A stretch of 64,000 bases of DNA from Thiobacillus denitrificans (GTDB lineage Bacteria > Pseudomonadota > Gammaproteobacteria > Burkholderiales > Thiobacillaceae). The DNA lies in NCBI GenBank assembly GCA_002343685.1, contig DDRS01000021.1, positions 38,283 through 102,282 of the forward strand, in the 5' to 3' direction. The notes under the pieces are model-generated. The model was given only the letters and a program-made list of their open reading frames with translations. It was not told the origin of the DNA and searched no databases. Every line of letters begins with the position of its first letter. Within the stretch, counting starts at the first letter, position 1. The position numbers and the translations under genes are program-made. Below, piece by piece: positions 39,553 through 49,702 of the stretch.

Positions 39553-40771
39553 GCGCTGCCTCCATCCCCGGTTTGACGAGGTTGCCGTATACGCTGCGAT
39601 AGCGTGCCACGCTGGCGGGCCAGTTGCGTTCGGATTCCACGAATTGGCGGCCGTTGCGCTTCATGCCGTCCCAACCCTGCTCGTACTTCAGCAGCGCCAC
39701 CACCTTGCTGGCAAGATCGCCGGCATGGCCAGCCCGGAACAGCACGCCGGTCTTGCCGTCCTGGATCAGTTCCTTGTGGCCGCCGACGTCGGAGGCCACC
39801 ATCAACCGCCCCTGCGCCATCGCTTCCAGCGGCTTCAGCGGCGTGACCAGTTCGGTCAGGCGCATCGGGTGACGCGCATACACCAGCACGTCGATCAGAT
39901 CGTAATAACGATTCACCTCGCCGTGCGGCACGCGCCCGGTGAAAATCACGCGGTCTTTCAGATCGAGCGCCATCACCTGCTGCTTCAGCGCCGCATCCTG
40001 CGGCCCGCCGCCGACCAGCAGCACTTTGACGTCGGGCATCTGCTTGAGAATCGTCGGCAAGGCGGCGATCAGCAGGTCCAGGCCTTCGTAGGCATAGAAC
40101 GAGCCGATGAAGCCGAGCACGCGGCTGGTGCCGAGCCCCAGTTTCATTTTCAGTTCGGCATCCGGCTTGCCGCCGACAGCAAACTTGTCGATGTCGACCG
40201 CATTGGGAATCACCGTGATCTTGCCGGACGGAACGCCGCGCGCGGCAAGATCGCTGCGCAGGCCTTCGCAGATGACCGTCACCGCGTCGGCATGCTTGAC
40301 GGCCCAGGTTTCCAGCGCCCGGGTGAGCCGGTAGCGCAGGCTGCCCTCTTTCGTGCTGCCGTGATCGACGGCGGCGTCTTCCCAGAAGGCGCGGATTTCA
40401 TAGACTACTGGAATACCCAGCTTGCGGCCGACGCGGATCGCCGGCACCGCATCCAGCACCGGCGAATGCGCGTGGATCACGTCGGGTTGCAATTCCTTTG
40501 CCAGCGCCAGCAAGCGCTTTTCGATGGCTCCCATCACGGCGAACGGGTCGCCCCCCGGCAGGTGCGCCAGCAGCCCCGTCGGCTTCGGCGTGCGATAGAA
40601 ATGCAGGCCGTCAGCATCCTCTTCCATCACCGTGCAATCGATCTGCTTGGGGCCGGACAGATGGTAGGTCTCCCAGCCCATTTTTCGCTGGTTGCGCAGA
40701 ATTGCCGCGCTGCGGAAGGTATAGCCGGAATGCAGCGGCAGGGTATGGTCGAACACGTGGAGGATCTTCAT
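39545..40771 (-). CDS. PEP-CTERM/XrtA-system glycosyltransferase (GT4)
   Basis: HTLPLHSGYTFRS, YEIRAFWED, TPLKPLEAMA; TIGR04063-like. Confidence 0.9.
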   Translation of the reverse strand: MKILHVFDHTLPLHSGYTFRSAAILRNQRKMGWETYHLSGPKQIDCTVMEEDADGLHFYRTPKPTGLLAHLPGGDPFAVMGAIEKRLLALAKELQPDVIHAHSPVLDAVPAIRVGRKLGIPVVYEIRAFWEDAAVDHGSTKEGSLRYRLTRALETWAVKHADAVTVICEGLRSDLAARGVPSGKITVIPNAVDIDKFAVGGKPDAELKMKLGLGTSRVLGFIGSFYAYEGLDLLIAALPTILKQMPDVKVLLVGGGPQDAALKQQVMALDLKDRVIFTGRVPHGEVNRYYDLIDVLVYARHPMRLTELVTPLKPLEAMAQGRLMVASDVGGHKELIQDGKTGVLFRAGHAGDLASKVVALLKYEQGWDGMKRNGRQFVESERNWPASVARYRSVYGNLVKPGMEAALG

Positions 40772-42702
40772 GCCGCTTGCCGCTCGCCCTCGAATACGCT
40801 CTGGCCACCCATGTCCAGCACCTGCCCCAGGAAGGCATCGAACATCAGTACCGTCCACAGGATCACCGAATAGTCGCGCCGGCCGGACTGGTGCGCCTCG
40901 ACCACTTCGCGCAGATAGTCCTGATTGAACAGGCCGGTGGACGCCAGCCGTTCGCCGAGCACCACACTGCGGATGGTAGCGGCCAGCGGGCCGCGGAACC
41001 AGGCGGCCAGCGGCACCGAGAAGCCCATCTTCTTGCGATACAGCACATCGTGCGGCAGATAGGGCTCCATCGATTTCTTCAGCAGGTATTTGCCTTCGGT
41101 ACCGTGCAGTTTCAGGTCGACCGGCAGGCCCGACACCCAGCCCATCAGTTCGTGGTCGAGCAGTGGCTCGCGTACCTCGAGCGCATGCGCCATGCTGGCG
41201 CGGTCGACCTTGGTGAGGATGTCGCCGACCAGATAGGTCTTCATGTCGAGATACTGTACCAGCGACAGTGGATCGTCGGTGGGCGCGACCGCCGCATGGC
41301 GACGCAGCACGTCCACCGCCTGGTAGCCTTGTAGCTCGCGCTTGAAGGACGGCGAGAACAGCTGTTTTCGTTGTGCATCCGACAGTAGCGAGACGCCGTG
41401 GAAATAGCCTTCGACGGTATCGCGCGCCAGCGCCTCGAAGGTCGTCTTGGCGCGGAAGACCTTGGGCGCCCAGTCGGCCTTGGGATACAGGCGGCCCAAC
41501 GCGCCGAACAGTGGGCGGCGCAGCATCAGCGGCATCGCCGCACGCATGCGTTCCTCATAACGGAACCAGCGATAGCGCCGGTAGCCGGCGAAGTGTTCGT
41601 CGCCGCCGTCGCCCGACAAGGCAACCTTCACGTGCTTGCGCGCGAGTTCGCACACCCGGTAGGTCGGCAGCGCGGACGAGTCGGCATACGGTTCGTCATA
41701 CACCTGGGCAAGCTTGTCGACCAGGCTGAAATCGTTGGAGGCGACGGTTTCGACATGGTGGTGCGTGCGGTAACGATCGGCAACCTGCTGGGCGAATTCG
41801 ATTTCGTTGAACGCGGGGTCGTCGAAGCCGATCGAGCAGGTGTTCACCGGCGTGGCGGACTGGGTCGCCATCATCGCCACCACCGCGCTGGAATCGACGC
41901 CGCCCGACAGGAAGGCGCCCAACGGCACGTCGGCAATCATGCGCAGGCGGATCGATTCCTTCATGCGTGCCACCAGTTCATCCATCGCGTCCGCTTCGTC
42001 CTTCACCGCCACCGGCGTGAAGGGCATGTCCCAGTACTGCTTCGGCAGCGCGCGTGCCTGACCGCGTTTGAGGGTGAGCGTGAAACCGGGCGGCAGTTTG
42101 TACGCCCGCTTGAAAATGGTACGCGGCTCCGGCACGTAGCCGTAGGCGAAGTATTCCTCGACCGCCAACGGATCGATGTCCCGCGCCAGGCTGGGGTGCA
42201 CCATCAGCGACTTCAGTTCCGAGCCGAAAATGAATTCGCCGGTTTCGAGGAAGGCGTAATACAGCGGCTTGACGCCGAAGCGGTCGCGCACGACGAACAG
42301 CGTTTCCTGCTTGCGGTCCCACAGCGCAAACGCAAACATGCCGCGAAAGCGTGCGACGCAGGCTTCGCCCCAGGCTTCCCAGGCATGGACGATGACTTCG
42401 GTATCGGAATGGGTGCGGAAGGTGTGGCCGAGCGCCTCCAGTTCGGGCACCAGTTCCTGGAAGTTGTAGATTTCACCGTTGAACACGACGACGACCGAGC
42501 CGTCCTCGTTGAACAGCGGCTGCTGGCCGGAGGACAGGTCGATGATGGACAAACGCCGATGCCCCAGTCCCACACCGGGCTCCAGATGCAGGCCGCCTTC
42601 GTCGGGGCCGCGATGGAACTGGGTTTCGTTCATGCGATGCAGCAGCTCGCGTGAAATCTCGTTCACGCCGCTGGTATCGAAAATGCCGGTAATGCCGCAC
42701 AT
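40768..42702 (-). CDS. asnB: XrtA/PEP-CTERM-system amidotransferase (glutamine-hydrolysing asparagine synthase family)
   Basis: MCGITG with Cys2, HRGPD, HRRLSIID, FLSGGVDSS, KVDRASMA. Confidence 0.93.
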   Translation of the reverse strand: MCGITGIFDTSGVNEISRELLHRMNETQFHRGPDEGGLHLEPGVGLGHRRLSIIDLSSGQQPLFNEDGSVVVVFNGEIYNFQELVPELEALGHTFRTHSDTEVIVHAWEAWGEACVARFRGMFAFALWDRKQETLFVVRDRFGVKPLYYAFLETGEFIFGSELKSLMVHPSLARDIDPLAVEEYFAYGYVPEPRTIFKRAYKLPPGFTLTLKRGQARALPKQYWDMPFTPVAVKDEADAMDELVARMKESIRLRMIADVPLGAFLSGGVDSSAVVAMMATQSATPVNTCSIGFDDPAFNEIEFAQQVADRYRTHHHVETVASNDFSLVDKLAQVYDEPYADSSALPTYRVCELARKHVKVALSGDGGDEHFAGYRRYRWFRYEERMRAAMPLMLRRPLFGALGRLYPKADWAPKVFRAKTTFEALARDTVEGYFHGVSLLSDAQRKQLFSPSFKRELQGYQAVDVLRRHAAVAPTDDPLSLVQYLDMKTYLVGDILTKVDRASMAHALEVREPLLDHELMGWVSGLPVDLKLHGTEGKYLLKKSMEPYLPHDVLYRKKMGFSVPLAAWFRGPLAATIRSVVLGERLASTGLFNQDYLREVVEAHQSGRRDYSVILWTVLMFDAFLGQVLDMGGQSVFEGERQAA

Positions 42703-42725
42703 GCTAGTTATCTGTCCCTGTCGAT

Positions 42726-43883
42726 TTATCGGGTAGTTCGACGGCCGCTCAGCGTCCGGTCGTATACCGCGGCATACGCCTCGGCCATCGCCGGAATGCT
42801 GTAGCGCTGCTCGGCCTGCCGCCGGGCGTTGCCGCCCTGCCGCGCGATGCGCGCCGGCGCCTCCGGACCGCCAAGATAACCCAGCAAGGCCTGTGCCATA
42901 TTCTCCGCGTCACCGGCCGGCACCAACCGTCCGGTGACGCCGTCTTCCACCAGCTCGACGTTGCCGCCCACTGCAGTGGCGACCACCGGCAGCCCGCTCG
43001 CCAAGGCCTCGAGTATGGTATTGGAGATGCCCTCGTTTTTCGACGGCAACACGAACACGTCGAATGCCTGCATCAGTGTCGCGATGTCATGGCGTTCACC
43101 CGGCAACCAGGCCAGATGCGCCATTCCTGCCTGCGCCAGCAATTCCATGCAAGCCGCACGTGCGGGCCCTTCGCCGACGATGACCAGCCGCGCCTCCACG
43201 GCCAGTTCGGGAGACTGACGGAGCGCCTGGATAAAGGCGCGCGTGAGCATGGGATAGTCCTTGACCTCGACCATTCGACCGACCGACCCGAAGACCGTGC
43301 TGTCGGCGTCGGCGAATCCGGGCGGCAGAACCGCCGGCCGCGCACCGGCACGCGGGTGGAATTTCACGCTGTCGACGCCATTGTAGATCTGGTTCAGCTT
43401 GCTCGGCGACACCCCGACAGTCTGGCGTAGCCAGCTTTCAAGATCACGGCTGACCGCAATGTAATTCGACACGAACGCCCTGGCGGCACGGCGCAGCAGA
43501 TTGTATTTCCAGTTGCGGCCATGCAGGTCGAACACGTCGCGCCCATGCTCGCCATGGACGGTGGCGTGCACGCCGGCGGCAGCGGCGACGAATTGCGCTT
43601 CCAGCGCGGCCAGATTGCGGGTGTGCACCAGATCCGGTTTGAGCTGGTGCAGCAGTCGCCACAGCCGCACGGTCCAGCCGAGGCCATGCCCCGGCGCACG
43701 GTGCAGCGCATGGAACTCGACCGGCTGCGCCGTGATGCGTTGGCGAAAATCGCTGTAGTCGGTGAGCGCAACCACGGTATGCCGGTAGCGCTGCGGCGGC
43801 AGGGTATTGAACAGGTTGATCATGCCGTTCTCCATGCCGCCGGTATCGAAACGGTGGACGATATGCACGATGTGTGCGGTCAC
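42726..43883 (-). CDS. PEP-CTERM/XrtA-system glycosyltransferase (GT4)
   Basis: GGMENG, HGEHGRD, EGISNTILEA; TIGR03088-like. Confidence 0.92.
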   Translation of the reverse strand: MTAHIVHIVHRFDTGGMENGMINLFNTLPPQRYRHTVVALTDYSDFRQRITAQPVEFHALHRAPGHGLGWTVRLWRLLHQLKPDLVHTRNLAALEAQFVAAAAGVHATVHGEHGRDVFDLHGRNWKYNLLRRAARAFVSNYIAVSRDLESWLRQTVGVSPSKLNQIYNGVDSVKFHPRAGARPAVLPPGFADADSTVFGSVGRMVEVKDYPMLTRAFIQALRQSPELAVEARLVIVGEGPARAACMELLAQAGMAHLAWLPGERHDIATLMQAFDVFVLPSKNEGISNTILEALASGLPVVATAVGGNVELVEDGVTGRLVPAGDAENMAQALLGYLGGPEAPARIARQGGNARRQAEQRYSIPAMAEAYAAVYDRTLSGRRTTR

Positions 43884-45436
43884 TGCCCGTCGACCTGGTC
43901 GAGCCCGCGGGCGATGGCAGGCTCCATGTCCGCCGCAAAGCGTGCCAGGGTGGCGGTCGCCGCCTTGAAATCGGCATTCTGGTACGGCGTGGCGATCAGC
44001 ACCGACAGGCCGTCGTCGCGTACCAGCCTGGCCCGGTCAAACGCAAGGATCAGCTTGGCGAGATAGTCGTTGACGACGGAGTGCTGATCAATCAGGTTCC
44101 ATTGCCACACCAGCAGGCGCTGGCCGTTACTCCCGCGCATCTTGGCCTGTCGCACCTGCCGCGCGATTCCGTCGATCCGTACGGTGACGATCGTTTCGCC
44201 GACGTTCGACCAGGCCGGGTCCTTCTGCTTGATCATGTAATTCTGCGAGTTGATGAGCTCGGCGCCCTGCCGCTGGGTTACGTAGTAATTCAGTTCCAGC
44301 ATCACGTCATGTCCCGCCTGCGTATAGGACTGGCGCAGCTGGCGGTCGGCCCCGATCCAGTGCGGCATCCAGGTCGTGAAGGCCTCGCCGGGTTGCCAGC
44401 CGCCGGCCGCTTCGACCTGCAATGCCGGCATGTCGGGCAACGGACGTGACTCGATCCAATGTGCATACATCGGCCACAGGCCGGCCACCCCCAGCGCGAG
44501 GAGGGCCGCCGGCAGGATCGACCGCGACGCCATGCCTGTTCCTCCTGTCTCCGCCGGCGCGACAGGCTGCGGCGAAGCAGGCTCCATCTGGTCGTCTTCG
44601 CGCCAGAAACCGCCGATCCAGAACAGCAGCATCATGACGATGCCGAAGAACACCCAACCGTAGATGTAGTGGTCGACGCCGAGCGCCAGCTTCATGTCGG
44701 ACAGGTGGGCGATCATCACGATCATGAAGGCCCGCCCGCTGTTGGCGAAGACCGGAACGATCATCGCCGCAATGGAGAATAGCAGGCGTCGCTTCCATGA
44801 GCGGTAGGTGAGGTAGGCGTACAGCACACCGAGCGTCACCGAGGCGATCAGGTAACGCAAACCGGAGCAACCTTCCACTACCGACCAGTCGCCGCTGGGG
44901 ATACTGAAGAACGTGCCCTCACGGTACACCGGAATGCCGGTGGCCTGCAGCATCGAGACGGTGAAATCGGCGGTCACGCCCATCAAGGGCTGGATCAGGA
45001 ACTCGCCCATCGGGACCGCGAAGAAAAGGAACATCAGCGGGAAAAATGCCGCCCGCACGAATGCCGCGCCGAGCAGGGTCCATACCGCGGCGATCAGCAT
45101 GGCGATGAATGCGAGTTGCGCGACGACATTGACGCTTCCGGCGTCGGCCAGCAGCCAGCCGACGCCGGCGGCCGCCAGCAGATACAGGCCGCGCAGGTCG
45201 GCGCGCGGCCGGATTCGCGCCAGTTCGTCGCGCTTGCGCCAGATGAGCCAGATACTGATGGGAACGATCAGATAGCCGTGGGCAAAGGTCTCCGAGCGCG
45301 CCCACACTTCTTCCATCGAGAGGAAGGTCGGCCAGAAGATGGCGGTCAGGAGCAGCAGGACGCCGATCGTCACACCAGCGGGCAGCCACCAGCCTCTCGG
45401 CGTGGTCACGGGAAGGGTCTCAGGCAGGGCACTCAT
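43880..45436 (-). CDS. xrtA: Exosortase A (EpsH fused to EpsI)
   Basis: ETFAHG, catalytic-type CSGLRY, ANSGR, DHYIYGW; C-terminal periplasmic EpsI domain (QGAELI). Confidence 0.95.
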   Translation of the reverse strand: MSALPETLPVTTPRGWWLPAGVTIGVLLLLTAIFWPTFLSMEEVWARSETFAHGYLIVPISIWLIWRKRDELARIRPRADLRGLYLLAAAGVGWLLADAGSVNVVAQLAFIAMLIAAVWTLLGAAFVRAAFFPLMFLFFAVPMGEFLIQPLMGVTADFTVSMLQATGIPVYREGTFFSIPSGDWSVVEGCSGLRYLIASVTLGVLYAYLTYRSWKRRLLFSIAAMIVPVFANSGRAFMIVMIAHLSDMKLALGVDHYIYGWVFFGIVMMLLFWIGGFWREDDQMEPASPQPVAPAETGGTGMASRSILPAALLALGVAGLWPMYAHWIESRPLPDMPALQVEAAGGWQPGEAFTTWMPHWIGADRQLRQSYTQAGHDVMLELNYYVTQRQGAELINSQNYMIKQKDPAWSNVGETIVTVRIDGIARQVRQAKMRGSNGQRLLVWQWNLIDQHSVVNDYLAKLILAFDRARLVRDDGLSVLIATPYQNADFKAATATLARFAADMEPAIARGLDQVDGQ

Positions 45437-46656
45437 GCGGGGCATGTCTCCAGGGCAGAGGATGCGGCAGGCGCCGCATCGAACAGGGCATCGATCATCG
45501 ACAGATTGCGCGTCCAGTCGTAATGGGACAGGATGCAGGCGCGCGCCGGGGCGCTGGTGGTTCGCGCCTGCAATTGCGCAATGACGGCACCCGCCAGGCC
45601 GGCTTCGTCCTGTGCCAGCAGGAAGTCGCGTCCTGCCTCGGCACGGATGCCTTCCGCCGCCTGCGCGGTGACCACCACCGGACGTGCCATCGCCATCGCC
45701 TCCAGCACCTTGTTCTGGATACCGCGCGCAATCCGCAAGGGCGCCACGGCGCACGCCGCGTGCGCCAGATAGGGCCGCACATCGGGTACGCTGCCGGTGA
45801 CGACGACGCCTGGCTGGCGCGCCAGCGCCAGGACGGCTTCCGTCGGCCGGCTGCCGACGATGGTGAACTGAGCGGCCGGGACCGCCTCGCGGATGGCGGG
45901 AAACACCCGTTCCGCAAACCAGCTCACGGCGTCGACGTTCGGCCAGTAATCCATCGCACCGGTAAAGACGACACCCAATACGTCGGACGGATAGGGATTC
46001 GGATAGTCACGCGCCGGCGAGAAGTAATCGGCATCGACACCGTTCTCGAACGCACCGATCTTGTGGCGCGCTTGCGGAACCCGGCGCTGGAGCAGTGCCG
46101 CCTCGTCGCACGACACCAGCAGCGTGGCATCGAAATCCTGCGCCACCTGCGTCTCCCATGCCGCCAGCCTGCGGCCTTCGCGCGCATAGAGCCAGGACAT
46201 GGGCCAGCGCTGCGTCGGGGCGTACTGGCTCCACTTGTCGGAGTCGACGTCAACCATGTCGAGCACGCGGCGGGACAGCTTCGCCGGCATGAACTGCGCC
46301 ATCGCCGAGGAAAACGCCAGGCCACGCGTCGCCTTTCCGGAGTCGGCCAGATCGGCGGCCCAGTGTTTGAGCTCGCGGCTGCGATAGTAAGGCAGCGTCA
46401 GCGCCTGGCCGGTCAACAGTCCGGCCAGGCTCGCCAATTTGGCGCGGCGTGGTTTCAGCGGCAACAGCTTGACCGAGGCGCAATAGGGCTTCAATGCATC
46501 GGCATACTGCCAGTCGTCGGGATCGTCGACGAAGGCGCCGAGGTGGACAGCGTAACGCGCGCCCAGATGCCGCAACAGATGGAACGAGCGGATCTTGTCG
46601 CCTTTGTTGGGCGGGAACGGGATGCGATGTGCAAGAAACAGCAGCCCTTCTTTCAC
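45433..46656 (-). CDS. PEP-CTERM/XrtA-system glycosyltransferase (GT4)
   Basis: HRIPFPPNKGDKIRS, DVDSDKW, ARGIQNKVLEAMA; TIGR03087-like; GTG start. Confidence 0.92.
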   Translation of the reverse strand: MKEGLLFLAHRIPFPPNKGDKIRSFHLLRHLGARYAVHLGAFVDDPDDWQYADALKPYCASVKLLPLKPRRAKLASLAGLLTGQALTLPYYRSRELKHWAADLADSGKATRGLAFSSAMAQFMPAKLSRRVLDMVDVDSDKWSQYAPTQRWPMSWLYAREGRRLAAWETQVAQDFDATLLVSCDEAALLQRRVPQARHKIGAFENGVDADYFSPARDYPNPYPSDVLGVVFTGAMDYWPNVDAVSWFAERVFPAIREAVPAAQFTIVGSRPTEAVLALARQPGVVVTGSVPDVRPYLAHAACAVAPLRIARGIQNKVLEAMAMARPVVVTAQAAEGIRAEAGRDFLLAQDEAGLAGAVIAQLQARTTSAPARACILSHYDWTRNLSMIDALFDAAPAASSALETCPA

Positions 46657-46658
46657 GC

Positions 46659-47723
46659 TCACCCCAGATTCTTGACGATGTGCGGCCCGATGACATTGGC
46701 GAGCGCCAGCGGCATTTTCTTCCAGGCCTGGATGAAGAGGCGGTATTTGGGATTGAGCGGATTGATCTCGGGAACGTCGCTGTCGGTTACCAGGAAGTAC
46801 TCGTAATACAGCGGCGTCGGCTCGAAGCCCCAGTTCTTCTTGAAGTCGAACGAACCGGTGCCGCGCTTGCTGCGGCCGAAGTCGAACACCTTGAGGCCGC
46901 GCTCGCAGGCACGGCGCATCAATTCCCAGTACATGAAATCGTTGCCGGCCACCGCGCGCGCGGCGTCCACGCCCCCGCCGTAATACGGCAACACTTCGTC
47001 GCGGAAATAGAACGACATCACGCTGGCGATGACCTGCCCTTCCAGCGTGATGGTGAGTACCTCGCAATCGTCACTGAACTCCTCCTTCAACAAGCGGAAG
47101 AATTTGCGCGAAAACACCGGTGTGCCCAGGCGGTGCACGCTCGCCGAATACGCCTGGAAGAATCGCGTGGTGTCGCTGTCGATTTCGCCCACCAGGCCGG
47201 CCTTGATGCCTTTACGCACCATCGCGCGCTGCTTGCGTGGGATGGCATTCATATTGGCCTCGACGTCAGGTTCGATGGCTTTCTTGAAGGTGACGTACAG
47301 ATCCTTGGTCGGCCAATGGGCATGCTGGGCCATCTGGTTGCGGTATTCGAGCGCGCCGACCTTGAGGCGTATGGCCAGGGCCTGTGCCGCCTCGTCGAGC
47401 GCGCGCCAGGCGGCGTCATGGTCGGCGAGGATGCCGCCATAGGCGCAGAACGGCAGCGAGCCCAGGCTGTGGCCGAACAGGTGGCTACGGATTTCGGCCA
47501 ACGGCAGGACGCCAACGATCTCGCCGCCGCGTTCGGCGAGCATGAAATGCGTGCGGTGCCCGAAAGCGGCTTCGATCACGCGTTTCCAGCCGGCACGATG
47601 AAAGAACGTCGCATCCGGATGCGCATTCACGTAGGCATCCCACTGCGCGAGATCGCGTGCCTCCAGCGCGCGCACCGTGACATCGGTCGCCATCGTTTCA
47701 ACCAGAAGGGGCTCGGATTGCAT
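46659..47723 (-). CDS. FemAB-like GNAT protein, XrtA system
   Basis: ATFFH, SLPFCAYGG, RKQRAMVRK, FDFGRSK, FKKNWGF. Confidence 0.9.
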   Translation of the reverse strand: MQSEPLLVETMATDVTVRALEARDLAQWDAYVNAHPDATFFHRAGWKRVIEAAFGHRTHFMLAERGGEIVGVLPLAEIRSHLFGHSLGSLPFCAYGGILADHDAAWRALDEAAQALAIRLKVGALEYRNQMAQHAHWPTKDLYVTFKKAIEPDVEANMNAIPRKQRAMVRKGIKAGLVGEIDSDTTRFFQAYSASVHRLGTPVFSRKFFRLLKEEFSDDCEVLTITLEGQVIASVMSFYFRDEVLPYYGGGVDAARAVAGNDFMYWELMRRACERGLKVFDFGRSKRGTGSFDFKKNWGFEPTPLYYEYFLVTDSDVPEINPLNPKYRLFIQAWKKMPLALANVIGPHIVKNLG

Positions 47724-47725
47724 GT

Positions 47726-48571
47726 TCAATGTTTTGGCAGGAACACGCGGTCGACGCGGTCCCATTCGAAATCGGTGAGCAACTGGCGCAGTCTACCCGG
47801 CATGCGTTGCAGATTGACGTAATGGCGGAAGCGCGTCCTGGCCGACAGGCCGGACTGGCGCGGTTGTCCGGCGTCGATCTCCCACGGGTGGAAATAGAAC
47901 ATGCAGGGCGCGCGATCCTCCGTGTTGACGCGATTCAGCATCCAGCGCGACATCGAATACGGCAACAGGCGGAACCAGCCGCCACCGGCTGCAGGCCAGT
48001 TGCGCCCCATCAGCGGCACCGTGGTAGGCGGCAGTTCGAGGATGCCGGCTTCACCATTAGGACGATGCGGGAAACGTGGCGCATCGGGCATGCCGTAATG
48101 GTCGTGGCGTACCGGATAGATGCTCGAGCTGTATACGTATCCTGCGTTTTCAAGTTCCTCGACCGCCCACCAGTTCTTCCGGTTGATGGAGAAACTCGGC
48201 GCACGGTAACCGCGGATGGCGACGCTACCGAGGTCTTCGAGAATATGCTTGGCCCGGGTGATGTCGGCGCGAAATTGCTCAGGGGTCAGGTCGCTCGCGC
48301 GCTGGTGGCCGTAGCCGTGACTGGCGAGTTCGTGGCCGTTGTCGACGATACGGCGCACCACCTGCGGGTAGCGCTCGGCGATCCAGCCGAGCGTGAAGAA
48401 AGTCGCCTTGGCGTTCGTCTCGTCGAGCAGGCCGAGGATCAGGTCGACATTACGCTCGACCCGGCATGGCAGCGTGTCCCAGTCTTCGCGCCGGATATGC
48501 GGAGCGAATGCCGACACCTGGAAATAGTCCTCGACATCGATCGACATCGCGTTTTTGATGCGTTCGGCCAT
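47726..48571 (-). CDS. XrtA-system polysaccharide deacetylase
   Basis: SIDVEDYFQV, HELASHG, GYRAPSFS, GGGWFR, FYFHPWE. Confidence 0.93.
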   Translation of the reverse strand: MAERIKNAMSIDVEDYFQVSAFAPHIRREDWDTLPCRVERNVDLILGLLDETNAKATFFTLGWIAERYPQVVRRIVDNGHELASHGYGHQRASDLTPEQFRADITRAKHILEDLGSVAIRGYRAPSFSINRKNWWAVEELENAGYVYSSSIYPVRHDHYGMPDAPRFPHRPNGEAGILELPPTTVPLMGRNWPAAGGGWFRLLPYSMSRWMLNRVNTEDRAPCMFYFHPWEIDAGQPRQSGLSARTRFRHYVNLQRMPGRLRQLLTDFEWDRVDRVFLPKH

Positions 48572-49692
48572 TACGCAATCCTCGTCCCCGACAGGGCATG
48601 AACCCCTTTCGGCATGGGCAGCCAGTCCTTCAGCTTGTACGCAATGCGCATCGCCGCGCGGCCGTCCCAGTACTCGGGAATGCGGCCGGCCTTGCCGCCG
48701 CCCGCCATCACCTCGGCGAACGCGCGACGGATGGCCTCGGGATGCGGGCCGACAAGCGTGTTGGTTCCTTCGTCGAGCGTGATCGGTCGCTCGGTGTTCT
48801 CGCGCAGCGTGAGGCACGGCACGCCCAGCGCCGTGGTTTCCTCCTGGATGCCGCCGGAGTCGGTCAGCACCAGCTTGGCGTCGCGCATCAGGCCGAGCAT
48901 TTCCAGGTAGCCCACGGGCGGCAGGATGAGCAGGCCGTGGAGCTTGGCGGTGAAGCCGAATTTCTCGATGTTGCCGCGCGTGCGCGGATGCAGCGGCATC
49001 ACCACCGGCAAAGTACGGTTGATTTCGCCGACCACATCCAGCAGCGCGGCGAGCGTCGCCGCATCGTCCACATTGGACGGCCGGTGCAGCGTCAACACCG
49101 CATACTGCGGCAGCGTAGCGCCCAGGGTCCGGACGCTCGGCACGGCCTGTTCGAGATTGCGATACAGGGTATCGATCATCACGTTGCCGACGAACTCGAC
49201 GCGCGCGGGATTGATCCCTTCGCGCTGCAGGTTGGCCAGTGCGCTGCGCTCGGTGGTGAACAACAGATCGGAAATCTGGTCGGTCAATACACGGTTGATT
49301 TCTTCCGGCATGCTGCGATCGTAGCTGCGCAGGCCGGCTTCGACATGGATCACGCGCACGCCGCGCTTGGCGGCCACCAGCGCACACGCGATGGTGGAAT
49401 TGACGTCGCCCACCACCAACACGGCCTGCGGCTGCACACTTTCGAGCACGGGTTCGAAGCGTTTCATCACTTCAGCCGTTTGCACCGCATGGCTGCCCGA
49501 CCCCACTTCCAGATGATGATCGGGCCGCGGGATGCCCAGGTCGGCGAAAAAACTGTCACTCATCGCCGCGTCATAATGCTGGCCGGTATGCAGCAATTGC
49601 GCGGCAATGCCGGTCTCGGCCAGAGCGGCCATCACCGGAGCGATCTTCATGAAATTGGGGCGTGCGCCTGCGACGCATAAAACCTGGGTCAT
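48571..49692 (-). CDS. wecB: UDP-N-acetylglucosamine 2-epimerase (non-hydrolysing)
   Basis: GARPNFMK, HTGQHYD, HVEAGLRS, TDSGGIQEE, TERP. Confidence 0.95.
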   Translation of the reverse strand: MTQVLCVAGARPNFMKIAPVMAALAETGIAAQLLHTGQHYDAAMSDSFFADLGIPRPDHHLEVGSGSHAVQTAEVMKRFEPVLESVQPQAVLVVGDVNSTIACALVAAKRGVRVIHVEAGLRSYDRSMPEEINRVLTDQISDLLFTTERSALANLQREGINPARVEFVGNVMIDTLYRNLEQAVPSVRTLGATLPQYAVLTLHRPSNVDDAATLAALLDVVGEINRTLPVVMPLHPRTRGNIEKFGFTAKLHGLLILPPVGYLEMLGLMRDAKLVLTDSGGIQEETTALGVPCLTLRENTERPITLDEGTNTLVGPHPEAIRRAFAEVMAGGGKAGRIPEYWDGRAAMRIAYKLKDWLPMPKGVHALSGTRIA

Positions 49693-49702
49693 GGCTGAGT
49701 CG